From contig CBDFFU010000006.1 in the NCBI GenBank assembly GCA_965246875.1, positions 353,938 through 417,937 on the forward strand: 64,000 bases of DNA, given 5' to 3'. The position numbers were made by a program, and so were the translations under genes. Each line of letters begins with the position of its first letter. The first letter of the stretch is position 1. The notes beneath the pieces are model-generated. The model worked only from the letters and a program-made list of their open reading frames with translations. It searched no databases and was not told the origin of the DNA. The DNA comes from Alphaproteobacteria bacterium. GTDB lineage: Bacteria > Pseudomonadota > Alphaproteobacteria > Micavibrionales > SZUA-601. This document shows positions 41,465 to 50,702 of the stretch, piece by piece.

Positions 41465-43270
41465 ATGCGTTATGGCCAACCCTGTGATTTAGTTGTAAAA
41501 ACCCGCCATTGGCTGGGCGGGTGTCTATGTGTCACACTATTATTAGCTGTACTCACTGGCTCTGCTTATGCCCAAGTGAGTGCGTTTGAGGATCCCATTG
41601 GCACAGGGGGTGTTGGCGGTAACGAACTTACCCCGAAAAAAGATGAATTCGACGGCGGCGATATCGGCCAGGGTCAAACGGCGCAAATCGTTACGTTGTT
41701 TCGCAATAGCGGCGGGACGCCACTGACGATTGGTAAAATTGATCTGGTCCCATCAGCCAATGTATCAGCCGTGCTTGGCAACAATCAATGTTCTGTTGAG
41801 TCATTAAAGCCCGGCGTCGAGTGCGCCGTGACCGTTAATGTGACCGGCCAAGGCACAGGTAAATTCCGCATTGGTATGCTGATCAAACATAATGGGAAAT
41901 CACGTCTGACCAACGCGGCGATCACCGGCATTATTGGTGGCGGCGATGGCGGTAAAAGTATGAGCAGTGAGATTGAAGCCTTTCCGTCCGATTTGGATTT
42001 CGGCAGTGTGACCAGCACAGCGCCATTAGTGCGCTCCTTAGGCTTACGCAATAATACTGGCAGCCTTATCACCATTCAAAATATTGATCTGGCGGCCTCA
42101 CCGACCAGCGGCTTTCAAATGTCAGCACCCGGTTGCCGTGAATTACGTCCCGGCCAGGCCTGTGTTGCAACAGTGACTTGGACCCCAACCAGTACTGGTC
42201 AGGTCGAAGGCGTTATCCTGTTGCGCCATGACGGTCCCAGCGGTGCCGCACGCATCGGCCTGAAAGGGGATTACCAGCCGAAGAAAGTTGAGACGGCCAG
42301 TCGCTTTGCGAATGCCGTACCCGGTGAAGGCCTGCTGGTGCCGGATCTTGATAAAATCGATTTTGGTTCCGAAGTGGATGGAGCCGCATCCATTTCTGTC
42401 AGCCTGGTCAATCAAGGTGATGAAGCGTTGACGTTGAATAACGTCAAGCTTGCTGGTTCAGACAATGGATTATCTATATCAACGGTTGACTGTAAGAAAG
42501 GCGACATCCTGAAGCCTGGTGATGCATGCGTATTGACGGTCAATTGGCAGCCGCGCCGAACGGGGCCTGTTATTGACGACATTCAAATTTTGCATACGGG
42601 AACGCGTCGTGTCCTCGTTTTGCCTGTGCGGGGCACGGCGAAACAACCGGTGAGCAACAGTTCAGGGCCGCTCGTGTCTTATGGTGACCAAATCCCGGAC
42701 ATGCCCAAAATCGGCACCGGTAAACTGGATGAGAAATTGCTGAAAACACCGGCTAAATCATCAGCTTTGGATGATACGCTTAACACGGCCGCAACAGCCG
42801 CCAGTCCATCGAGCAAAAAACGCAATACGGCATTAACTGCTGGTGATAATGGCACACCCGCTCTGGACGGTTATCGTATCAGCTCCATCAGCACCGACCA
42901 TGCGATTGTAGCCGGGCCAAAGGGACGTTTAATCATTAAAAATGGTGTCCCGCAAGTTATTTCAGGTTTGCTGTGGACACCGCATATTGTGCCGGAAGGT
43001 GTCGAGTTGGCCAGTGGTAAAAATGTTGTGCTGCTAATTTTTGATCCGTCATTGACAGTCATGCAATCGGTCGCGCCGACCAGTGGTTCAATCGGTACAT
43101 ACGGTTCCGATACCGGCACGTTGACCAATGTGAATACACTAAGCGGAACATCTGTAACCGCCACACCGGGGATGGCGAATGTTTCGGGGAGTGGCAGCAG
43201 CAACACAAGCAACAGCAGCAGCAATCGTTCAAGCAGCAATAACCGCTCGTCTTCAGCAACACGTTATTAA
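41465..43270 (+). CDS. Exported protein with three Ig-like (choice-of-anchor D/ASH-type) repeats and a C-terminal PilP/GspC-like segment
   Basis: Signal peptide AYA-Q; three repeats of N.G...L.I..I.L...C..L.PG..C...V.W.P; LDGYRISSISTDHAIV; Ser/Asn-rich tail. Confidence 0.75.
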   Translation: MRYGQPCDLVVKTRHWLGGCLCVTLLLAVLTGSAYAQVSAFEDPIGTGGVGGNELTPKKDEFDGGDIGQGQTAQIVTLFRNSGGTPLTIGKIDLVPSANVSAVLGNNQCSVESLKPGVECAVTVNVTGQGTGKFRIGMLIKHNGKSRLTNAAITGIIGGGDGGKSMSSEIEAFPSDLDFGSVTSTAPLVRSLGLRNNTGSLITIQNIDLAASPTSGFQMSAPGCRELRPGQACVATVTWTPTSTGQVEGVILLRHDGPSGAARIGLKGDYQPKKVETASRFANAVPGEGLLVPDLDKIDFGSEVDGAASISVSLVNQGDEALTLNNVKLAGSDNGLSISTVDCKKGDILKPGDACVLTVNWQPRRTGPVIDDIQILHTGTRRVLVLPVRGTAKQPVSNSSGPLVSYGDQIPDMPKIGTGKLDEKLLKTPAKSSALDDTLNTAATAASPSSKKRNTALTAGDNGTPALDGYRISSISTDHAIVAGPKGRLIIKNGVPQVISGLLWTPHIVPEGVELASGKNVVLLIFDPSLTVMQSVAPTSGSIGTYGSDTGTLTNVNTLSGTSVTATPGMANVSGSGSSNTSNSSSNRSSSNNRSSSATRY

Positions 43271-43288
43271 TTGGATCAACATACTAAC

Positions 43289-45016
43289 ATGACAGAGACG
43301 CGCTCCCGGGATAACGGCAAAGAAGGTCGCGAACGTTACTTGGATATGGTCCAACGTGAACGGCAGCTGTTCAGCGAGAAGGGGATCAATCGCTCTGTCG
43401 AGCAATTATTGATTGCTGCCGGCGGATATGAATCAAGTGATAATTCCAAGGAAAAAATTGTACGCGACAATGCAACTGGTGATCAATTGCGCAGTATCGT
43501 CCCTGTGCAAGCATGGCTGCCGCTTAATGTTCATCTGGTCGGTCTGCGGCAAAGTATTTTGGAACTGGCCCCTGTCTATGATTTGTCAGACCGGCAAAAA
43601 GAAAATCTGGTCGCCACGGTACGCCGTTGCGGTTTCCAGGTCGAAGATGTGGAAATTCAATTATGGGACCGGGGTGAATTGCTGGAGCAAATGCGGCGTG
43701 TGCATGATAATTCATCGGACCGCTGCGAAACCACCTTATCAACTTGGATCAAGGATCTGGATAATGGTTTGTTGTTGCAAAGTTTTGTTCGCGATTTGAT
43801 TTCCGAAGCCTTGCAGCTGCGTGCCTCCGATATTCATATTTTGCAAGATAATGGACAAGATGCGCCAAACTGGCTGAAATACCGGATCGATGGTGATCTG
43901 GTCCCCATGCATTTGTTGCCGGCCGATGCTATGGCGCGTTTGACAACCGTATTGAAACGTGATGCCGGCATGAACTTTGGTGATCGCCGGACGCCACAAG
44001 ACGGACGTATGACATTTATGTGGCAAGGCCGTAATATCGATATTCGTGTTGCCTCAGGTCCGCAAGGTCAGGATGGCGAAAAATTGACGATGCGATTGTT
44101 GGACCGCGCCGCTTTGAAAAACTTCGACGATTTGTTTAACCGGCATGCCGATGTCCTTGTATCATTGAAGAAAATCCTCAATCCGCAGGTCAAAGGGGAT
44201 GGCGGTTTGGTGTTGCTGTCCGGTCCAACAGGATCCGGAAAAAGCACTACCTTGTATGCGGCTGTGCAACAGATCGACCGCCGCCGCAAACATGTGCTGA
44301 CGATAGAAGACCCGATTGAATATGAGCTGCGCTATGCCACACAATGGCAGGTGGCTGCCGGTCATAAGGGCAGCGAATTTGCCGACCTCATCCGGGCCAG
44401 CATGCGTCATGATCCGGATTACATTGTCATTGGGGAATTGCGTGATGGTGAAACAGTCGAAACCGCATTGAAGGCTTCTGAGTCCGGCCACACCGTAATG
44501 TCGACGATCCATGCCGACAGTGCGGTGCAAACACTGGAGCGGTTGCGTTCATTCATGCCATCGGAAAAAGACCGTGCGTCGACCTATACACTGGCGCAGC
44601 AAATTCGGTGTGTGCTTAATCAGCGTCTTATTAAAATCCTGTGCCAGGGCTGCTCGATCCCGGTTCGTTCCGGCGATATCGCTAATGCAGAAGAGCTTCT
44701 GGATCTGGATATTCAAGCGGATGATTTCGTGCGTCGTCACAATCCCAATGGCTGTGATATTTGTAACCGAACCGGCTATTACGGTCGGACATTGCTGCTC
44801 GAAGCCTTGATCGTTGAAGGTAACGACTCCATGCGGAACGATCTCTATAAAACATTGATGACGAATACGGCAGAAATTATTCACCTTCCGGGTATCAAAC
44901 TCTACTCACGTGGTGACAATATCCGCAAATTGGTTTTAGAAGGTTATATCGATGTCCGGGCGGGTTTGCTACAGCTGGAATCATTGCAAGAAGACAGTCG
45001 GCGGGTGATCCCGTAA
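43289..45016 (+). CDS. Type II/IV filament assembly ATPase (GspE/PilB family)
   Basis: ASDIH, PQDGR, GPTGSGKST, TIEDPIEY, GELRD, STIH, CQGC...CDIC zinc motif. Confidence 0.95.
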   Translation: MTETRSRDNGKEGRERYLDMVQRERQLFSEKGINRSVEQLLIAAGGYESSDNSKEKIVRDNATGDQLRSIVPVQAWLPLNVHLVGLRQSILELAPVYDLSDRQKENLVATVRRCGFQVEDVEIQLWDRGELLEQMRRVHDNSSDRCETTLSTWIKDLDNGLLLQSFVRDLISEALQLRASDIHILQDNGQDAPNWLKYRIDGDLVPMHLLPADAMARLTTVLKRDAGMNFGDRRTPQDGRMTFMWQGRNIDIRVASGPQGQDGEKLTMRLLDRAALKNFDDLFNRHADVLVSLKKILNPQVKGDGGLVLLSGPTGSGKSTTLYAAVQQIDRRRKHVLTIEDPIEYELRYATQWQVAAGHKGSEFADLIRASMRHDPDYIVIGELRDGETVETALKASESGHTVMSTIHADSAVQTLERLRSFMPSEKDRASTYTLAQQIRCVLNQRLIKILCQGCSIPVRSGDIANAEELLDLDIQADDFVRRHNPNGCDICNRTGYYGRTLLLEALIVEGNDSMRNDLYKTLMTNTAEIIHLPGIKLYSRGDNIRKLVLEGYIDVRAGLLQLESLQEDSRRVIP

Positions 45017-46239
45017 TGCAGCAATGGCTTGCCATTTATGCAGTCGATACACGCAATGGCGCGAAAAAACTGACGCGCACATTTTATCTGCCAACCATCG
45101 ACGATGTTCGCCGTGCGATTTTGAAAGATGGCGGCTATGTGCTGAGCATTCGTGCTCATGAACGTTCAGTATGGGAACGTCTCCTGGCCCGTTCGACGTG
45201 GTGGCAGATTCAATTGTTGCGCGGCATTCAATTTCGCTCAAACACAACGTCACCTTCAGTTGCCATGTGGCGCTTGATAGAAGCTGAAACCAATCCGCGG
45301 ACGCAAAATATCCTGGCACCCGCCCGTGAAGCATTGGCCCGTGGCATGGGTGTCATTGATGCTCTCAAGGCCTTACAGATGTTTGATCATTCAACGCTCG
45401 CCATTCTTGGCGCATCAGAGCAGAGCAACAAGCTGCATGACGGTATTCCACAAGCTATCCGTAACATTACACAAAAACGCAAGAACGTCGCTAAAATCGC
45501 CGGAACGCTCGGCTGGATTGGCTTTGATTTGCTATCCATTGTCCAAGGCCTGCAAACCGGACGTGGGATGATTCTGGGCTGGTTTCGGAAAAACCCGCCT
45601 AAAGATCCAGAAGCCGGTCTGAAATTTAATCACACCGTCGATAACCTTGAAACTTTATGGACGGTCTTGTTATGGGTGGCTTATTTAGCCGCTGCATTTA
45701 TGGGTTGGGCTATTGCGTCATTTTGGATCAACCGCGGCAAACGTGATTTTCTGGCAGCCAAAATGGTGCGTAAAATTCCATTGGTCGGGGCGTACTTGCG
45801 CGATCTGGCGTTTGCTGATTCCATGATGGCTGCTGCCCGTATGATCCGTGGCAGCGTGTCTGTGACGCAAGCGTTGCAACAGTCAGCAGAGGCCAGCAAC
45901 GTTCCCGATGTGGCTCAATTCTGGCAAGATGCTTATCAGGATCTATCACGCGGGGTGTCATTGGGTGCCGCCATGGATCGTGCACCGTTATCGCGCAATG
46001 AACGTACCGAAATTATGGCTGTCAGTGATTTAACTCAGATTGCGACAGTCTTGGAAGCCATTGCTGACATGCGCGCGCAAGCGGCACAAACCAAAAACAG
46101 TCTCATTGTCTGGGGTGCTTTTGTTTTTACGGGCCTATATCTGTTGATCGCTTTTGGCAGTGCCATTTATGCTTTACAGTTGATGAATTTCAGCATGGAC
46201 AGCATGATGGATAGCATGATGCAGCCACAAGGTGAATAA
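45016..46239 (+). CDS. Inner membrane platform protein (GspF/PilC family), divergent
   Basis: TAATG coupling to the ATPase; two helical domains, TM segments, KIPLVG and L.RGVSL..AM motifs. Confidence 0.8.
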   Translation: MQQWLAIYAVDTRNGAKKLTRTFYLPTIDDVRRAILKDGGYVLSIRAHERSVWERLLARSTWWQIQLLRGIQFRSNTTSPSVAMWRLIEAETNPRTQNILAPAREALARGMGVIDALKALQMFDHSTLAILGASEQSNKLHDGIPQAIRNITQKRKNVAKIAGTLGWIGFDLLSIVQGLQTGRGMILGWFRKNPPKDPEAGLKFNHTVDNLETLWTVLLWVAYLAAAFMGWAIASFWINRGKRDFLAAKMVRKIPLVGAYLRDLAFADSMMAAARMIRGSVSVTQALQQSAEASNVPDVAQFWQDAYQDLSRGVSLGAAMDRAPLSRNERTEIMAVSDLTQIATVLEAIADMRAQAAQTKNSLIVWGAFVFTGLYLLIAFGSAIYALQLMNFSMDSMMDSMMQPQGE

Positions 46240-46262
46240 CGGGATGGGAATAGAGGACTGAC

Positions 46263-47210
46263 ATGGAACTGCGCCGCCGCAACACAAGCCTGGAATCACA
46301 ACGCCACACGCCTGTTGGCCAAACGGTGCTGCGAACGGATAGCACTGTTTTTCTGGATGATGATTTGGTGCCTTATCTGCCAATCGATATTGTTGGCGGA
46401 TCGGTGCCGGCTATCCCTGGTATGGAAGAAGAAGCGGTCTGGAACGCGGCGTCGCAAGCCTGTGCGTCGGATCGTGTGCACTTTGTCTACACCGTGGCCG
46501 ATGACCGTTGCTGGTATCTGGCGATCCCATCCAGTGCCCTGGCGTCGCATCCCAACTCATGGTGTCCGCTTGCCGCTGCATTGCCTGGTAACAGTGAATT
46601 TTGGGACAAGGAAAGCGTTTATGTGTTTGAGCAAGATGGCGTGGCTGCTGGTTTGCGTTGGGATCAGGACAATGGCCGCATGCAGGTCTATGCCGGCCCC
46701 GCCCGGATGATTTTGCCACGCCTGCAAAGCCTGGATGCGAATTTTTTAACGCTCAACGTTGAACGGGCCACGCCCGTGCCGTGGCGCAGCCGGTCGATTC
46801 ACAGCGAACGTCTGTCACGCCAATTGGTCAAATGGTTATTCTGGGCTGGCACGTTAATGGCTTGCTCTTGTGTAACCTTATGGATTCTCAGTCACATGGC
46901 GGTGGCCTTTTTGCGGCCAAACGTTGATGTCTTGCAGCGGGAGACATCTCAGGCAACAGAAAAACTGATGTTGGAAGCGGCCCGCTTGACACGTAGCGAT
47001 GCTGAACAACATCTGATGCGTGTGCAGGAATTACTAGGCCAACTGGATGTGCTGGGTGGAACTTTGAATAAATACCAGGTGGATAAGGACGAGGTTTTGT
47101 GGGAAGCGGTCATTCCAGCTGCAGCTGGCGGTGCCAACCTTGCAGGCCTCAAAGCTCAAACCACAGGAACCGAGCCTGATGGCCGGATCATTATTCAAGG
47201 GAAAAAATAA
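46263..47210 (+). CDS. Putative alignment subunit (PilM/PilN- or GspL-like): cytoplasmic domain, TM, periplasmic domain
   Basis: Position in the locus and topology; no specific motif recognised. Confidence 0.55.
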   Translation: MELRRRNTSLESQRHTPVGQTVLRTDSTVFLDDDLVPYLPIDIVGGSVPAIPGMEEEAVWNAASQACASDRVHFVYTVADDRCWYLAIPSSALASHPNSWCPLAAALPGNSEFWDKESVYVFEQDGVAAGLRWDQDNGRMQVYAGPARMILPRLQSLDANFLTLNVERATPVPWRSRSIHSERLSRQLVKWLFWAGTLMACSCVTLWILSHMAVAFLRPNVDVLQRETSQATEKLMLEAARLTRSDAEQHLMRVQELLGQLDVLGGTLNKYQVDKDEVLWEAVIPAAAGGANLAGLKAQTTGTEPDGRIIIQGKK

Positions 47211-47226
47211 TATAACACCTTTTTAC

Positions 47227-47257
47227 TCATTAATAGGAAACTATTTCCTATTAATGA
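47227..47257. repeat. Perfect 14 bp inverted repeat with 3 nt spacer
   Basis: TCATTAATAGGAAA-CTA-TTTCCTATTAATGA. Confidence 0.9.
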
Positions 47258-47308
47258 ATTTCTAAGAACACCGGGTCATAGTAAAAGGATGCACCAGATT
47301 TTTATCAC

Positions 47309-47938
47309 ATGAAATCGTCTTTACCCGGATCGGCTACTGGTGGCTTGTCATCTTTGACAGGCATCAAGAATTTTGACTGGCGGCATCTGCAGCGCTTAAC
47401 GAATGCGCAATCGATGAAAGATTTTGATCATTTTCTGGATAATTTGCCACAACGTGCCGGTAAAAACGCCTTGATCATTGCTGTATCGATGTGGCTGGTG
47501 GCCGCGGTCGCGCTGTTTCTGCTGTTTCACAACACATTATCGTTGCAGGATATTCAAAAACAGCTGGCGATGGCAGAAGGCACACGGATTACCGTACCTC
47601 AAATCTCTTATTTGCCAGTCGATCCGCAAATTTTGAAACCCGTTGTCGATAGGCTGCGAAAAATTTACCCGTCGCTAACCATTGATCTACAAACTGAAGG
47701 CAAGGTCTCTATCAAGGGATTGACGACACGTGACTTTCCAATTTGGCGGGCAGCGATTGGCGACTTGGCTCATGCGTCTCCGGGTTGGAAACTAACCGTA
47801 ACAAAATTTTGTACAGGAAGTCGATGTTCAGATGCTCCGTTGGTGGCTATCATTACGGTTCAAAATGTCGATATTCAGCTTCCCGCACCCCCTTCTGAAG
47901 ATGTGACTGAAAATGAAAAAACATCCTCTAAGCCATAA
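47309..47938 (+). CDS. Putative alignment subunit (PilO/GspM-like bitopic protein)
   Basis: One TM, short coiled coil, small C-terminal domain with C...C; position before the pilins. Confidence 0.55.
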   Translation: MKSSLPGSATGGLSSLTGIKNFDWRHLQRLTNAQSMKDFDHFLDNLPQRAGKNALIIAVSMWLVAAVALFLLFHNTLSLQDIQKQLAMAEGTRITVPQISYLPVDPQILKPVVDRLRKIYPSLTIDLQTEGKVSIKGLTTRDFPIWRAAIGDLAHASPGWKLTVTKFCTGSRCSDAPLVAIITVQNVDIQLPAPPSEDVTENEKTSSKP

Positions 47939-47963
47939 CTTTATTCCAAGGAGAAATTACATC

Positions 47964-48626
47964 ATGTTAACATCTCAATTTATGAATTGCACCCGTCGGA
48001 CGGAGCGTGGTAACGCGCTGTTTCTGATCTTGATTGCAGTGGTGCTGTTTGCTGCATTGTCGTTTGCGATCACGCAATCAAACCGGTCGACCGGGTCGTC
48101 AGCCGGTGAAGAGACAAACACAGTTTCCGGCTCGAATATCACGCAATATGCGTCAGCCATCCGCACGGGCTTGACCCGGATGTTGGTCAAAGGCGTAACG
48201 TTGGATGACGTGAAGTTCGATACACCGTCTGATGCCGGTTATACGACAACACCAACGATGCAAGTGTTTCACCCGCAAGGGGGCGCGGTGGTGTTTTCCT
48301 CACCTGACGCCAATCTGGTCAACACGGGTGGCAAGTGGGTGTATTTTATGGCACCGGTTAAAGATATGGGAACCAGCACGACTGATGCCGTAGCGGTGCT
48401 GACGGATGTCAAAAAGGGGATTTGTCAGCAGATCAACCGTCAAGTTGGCTTGCCAGCCCCGGCTGTTTTGGCCACCACGATATCAGCCAGTGCGCTTGCA
48501 GCCTTGGTCTATGCAACACCGTCAGCCAACACGTTTGACCTGGGGACGACACCGAACAAACCGTATGGCTGTTTCCTGGATAGCAATGGCAAATCGAATT
48601 ACATGCACGTTATGGCGGAACAGTAA
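47964..48626 (+). CDS. Pilin-like protein, copy A
   Basis: AAGGAG RBS; basic leader RRTERG then hydrophobic NALFLILIAVVLFAALSFAI; two Cys in the C-terminal half. Confidence 0.85.
   Translation: MLTSQFMNCTRRTERGNALFLILIAVVLFAALSFAITQSNRSTGSSAGEETNTVSGSNITQYASAIRTGLTRMLVKGVTLDDVKFDTPSDAGYTTTPTMQVFHPQGGAVVFSSPDANLVNTGGKWVYFMAPVKDMGTSTTDAVAVLTDVKKGICQQINRQVGLPAPAVLATTISASALAALVYATPSANTFDLGTTPNKPYGCFLDSNGKSNYMHVMAEQ
47990..48626 (+). repeat. Direct repeat copy 1 (637 bp; first 595 bp identical to copy 2)
   Basis: Base-by-base reading against 49464..50100, offset 1474; 5 substitutions, all in the last 42 nt. Confidence 0.92.
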
Positions 48627-48653
48627 GCGCAACAAGCATATTTAAAGCTCAGG

Positions 48654-48684
48654 ATGGCTGTGTTGTTATGACGCAGCCATTTTT
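48654..48684 (+). terminator. Intrinsic terminator after pilin copy A
   Basis: ATGGCTGTGT...ACGCAGCCAT stem followed by TTTT. Confidence 0.65.
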
Positions 48685-48704
48685 GAATTAAATGGAGAGT
48701 TATC

Positions 48705-49316
48705 ATGTTACAACAATGCCCAACTAAAATGAAATATAATGAACATGGTAATGTGCTATTCTACATTTTCCTGTGTGTCATTTTACTTGGTGCGTTGACC
48801 ATGATGTTGTCTAACAGAGGCGGCGATGAACAAGCCTCAGGCAGCGCCGCTTTTCGCAACAGTGAAGAGATGAAATCACAGGCCCAAGGTGCGCGCTCAG
48901 CAGTCATGGAGTGTTTGCTGCTCTATAATTCCGGCTATCCCGTTCAGCCTGGAAGTGGCTTGTTGAACGATGTCATGTGTGACTTGCAAACGGGTCCGCA
49001 AAGCATTTTTACTGCACAAAGTGCCCGTGCCGTGCCCGTGCCGCCTGCGCCATTTGACCCTTGGACGTATACCAACACAAGCAGCACCTTTATTAAAATC
49101 TCAACTACATCAGCAAAACCGGCCAGTCAAACCGTGCAAATTACCTTGAAAAATCTGGCTACCAGCTTCCATGCGCCAGAAACGTCAACGGGTATTTTTC
49201 AAAACCAGGATGTATGCATTATTGCTAATGGGACAAAAGCCGAATTTCATGCTTGTATCAAAAGTGATACGGGAATTTGCGGCAAAGTCAGTACGACCGA
49301 TCCATGCACCCCATAA
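48705..49316 (+). CDS. Pilin-like protein (divergent, Cys-rich)
   Basis: GGAG RBS; leader ending NEHG then NVLFYIFLCVILLGALTMMLS; several Cys. Confidence 0.8.
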   Translation: MLQQCPTKMKYNEHGNVLFYIFLCVILLGALTMMLSNRGGDEQASGSAAFRNSEEMKSQAQGARSAVMECLLLYNSGYPVQPGSGLLNDVMCDLQTGPQSIFTAQSARAVPVPPAPFDPWTYTNTSSTFIKISTTSAKPASQTVQITLKNLATSFHAPETSTGIFQNQDVCIIANGTKAEFHACIKSDTGICGKVSTTDPCTP

Positions 49317-49434
49317 TGTGCAAGTTTTTCAATCTATTTAAACAAAAATTGCAAAAATTTACATGTTAATAAGGTTTTTATCGCCACAATTGAAGAATTG
49401 GATATCAAGGATGAATTACAAAAGGATTTGTATC

Positions 49435-50100
49435 ATGTCATCAACAGATTTTGTCAATAACGTCACCCGTCGGACGGAGCGTGGTAACGCGCTGTTTCTG
49501 ATCTTGATTGCAGTGGTGCTGTTTGCTGCATTGTCGTTTGCGATCACGCAATCAAACCGGTCGACCGGGTCGTCAGCCGGTGAAGAGACAAACACAGTTT
49601 CCGGCTCGAATATCACGCAATATGCGTCAGCCATCCGCACGGGCTTGACCCGGATGTTGGTCAAAGGCGTAACGTTGGATGACGTGAAGTTCGATACACC
49701 GTCTGATGCCGGTTATACGACAACACCAACGATGCAAGTGTTTCACCCGCAAGGGGGCGCGGTGGTGTTTTCCTCACCTGACGCCAATCTGGTCAACACG
49801 GGTGGCAAGTGGGTGTATTTTATGGCACCGGTTAAAGATATGGGAACCAGCACGACTGATGCCGTAGCGGTGCTGACGGATGTCAAAAAGGGGATTTGTC
49901 AGCAGATCAACCGTCAAGTTGGCTTGCCAGCCCCGGCTGTTTTGGCCACCACGATATCAGCCAGTGCGCTTGCAGCCTTGGTCTATGCAACACCGTCAGC
50001 CAACACGTTTGACCTGGGGACGACACCGAACAAACCGTATGGCTGTTTCCTGGATAGCGACGGCAAATCGAATTACATGCATGTCATGGCGGAACAATAA
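49435..50100 (+). CDS. Pilin-like protein, copy B
   Basis: AAGGA RBS; leader MSSTDFVNNVTRRTERG; mature part differs from copy A by one residue (N to D). Confidence 0.85.
   Translation: MSSTDFVNNVTRRTERGNALFLILIAVVLFAALSFAITQSNRSTGSSAGEETNTVSGSNITQYASAIRTGLTRMLVKGVTLDDVKFDTPSDAGYTTTPTMQVFHPQGGAVVFSSPDANLVNTGGKWVYFMAPVKDMGTSTTDAVAVLTDVKKGICQQINRQVGLPAPAVLATTISASALAALVYATPSANTFDLGTTPNKPYGCFLDSDGKSNYMHVMAEQ
49464..50100 (+). repeat. Direct repeat copy 2
   Basis: See copy 1. Confidence 0.92.
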
Positions 50101-50132
50101 GGATATTGCGTATAAGCACTAATCGTCTTGGT

Positions 50133-50163
50133 AAAACCTCTGCTACAAAATGGCAGAGGTTTT
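50133..50163. terminator. Bidirectional terminator between pilin B and atpF
   Basis: AAAACCTCTGC...GCAGAGGTTTT between convergent genes. Confidence 0.75.
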
Positions 50164-50204
50164 CGTTATCAAATGACTGTATTCGGTTTGTTTGATAACA
50201 TAGC

Positions 50205-50696
50205 TTAATGAAAGCTCTTGCTGACTGCTGATAGCGACTTGTCCAGCGTCTCGCTGGTATTATCGCCTTTGGCCTCCAACTGCACCTGTACGCGGTTCAG
50301 GGCGGCTTTCACCATGGCTTCGCGGATGGCTTCGATGATGTCTTGTTCGGCGCGCTGGATACGCATGCGCGCTGATGATTCCTGATGCGCAATCGCGCGT
50401 TGCATATCAATCTCGGCTTGCTTGACGATCGTGTCGGCGCGGCGTTGTGCGGCCAGTAAAATGTCATCCGCTTCAGCCATAGCCGATTGTTGTTTGGCCT
50501 GGTAATCGGCCAGCAATTTTTCAGCGGCGTGATACAGATCTTCCGCTTCGTCCAGACGGCTGCGGATAACATCTGTCCGGTTGTCCAGACTGTTGATGAT
50601 CGGGGTCCAGGCTTTTTTAATAATGAAGCCAAACGTCAAAACGCTGGACACAGCGACCCAAAATTCCGGATCATGCAAAAAGTGTTCGAACATCAT
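50205..50696 (-). CDS. atpF: ATP synthase F0 subunit b
   Basis: PEFWVAVS TM, LD.R...I...L.EA coiled coil; operon position. Confidence 0.9.
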   Translation of the reverse strand: MMFEHFLHDPEFWVAVSSVLTFGFIIKKAWTPIINSLDNRTDVIRSRLDEAEDLYHAAEKLLADYQAKQQSAMAEADDILLAAQRRADTIVKQAEIDMQRAIAHQESSARMRIQRAEQDIIEAIREAMVKAALNRVQVQLEAKGDNTSETLDKSLSAVSKSFH

Positions 50697-50702
50697 ACGC
50701 TC

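Noticed and set aside
47990-50100. Pilin repeat as a diversity-generating retroelement (TR/VR) or shufflon
   Set aside because: Differences are not adenine-specific (A/G, T/C, C/T, T/C, G/A), both copies are complete genes in direct orientation, and no reverse transcriptase or recombinase is in the window
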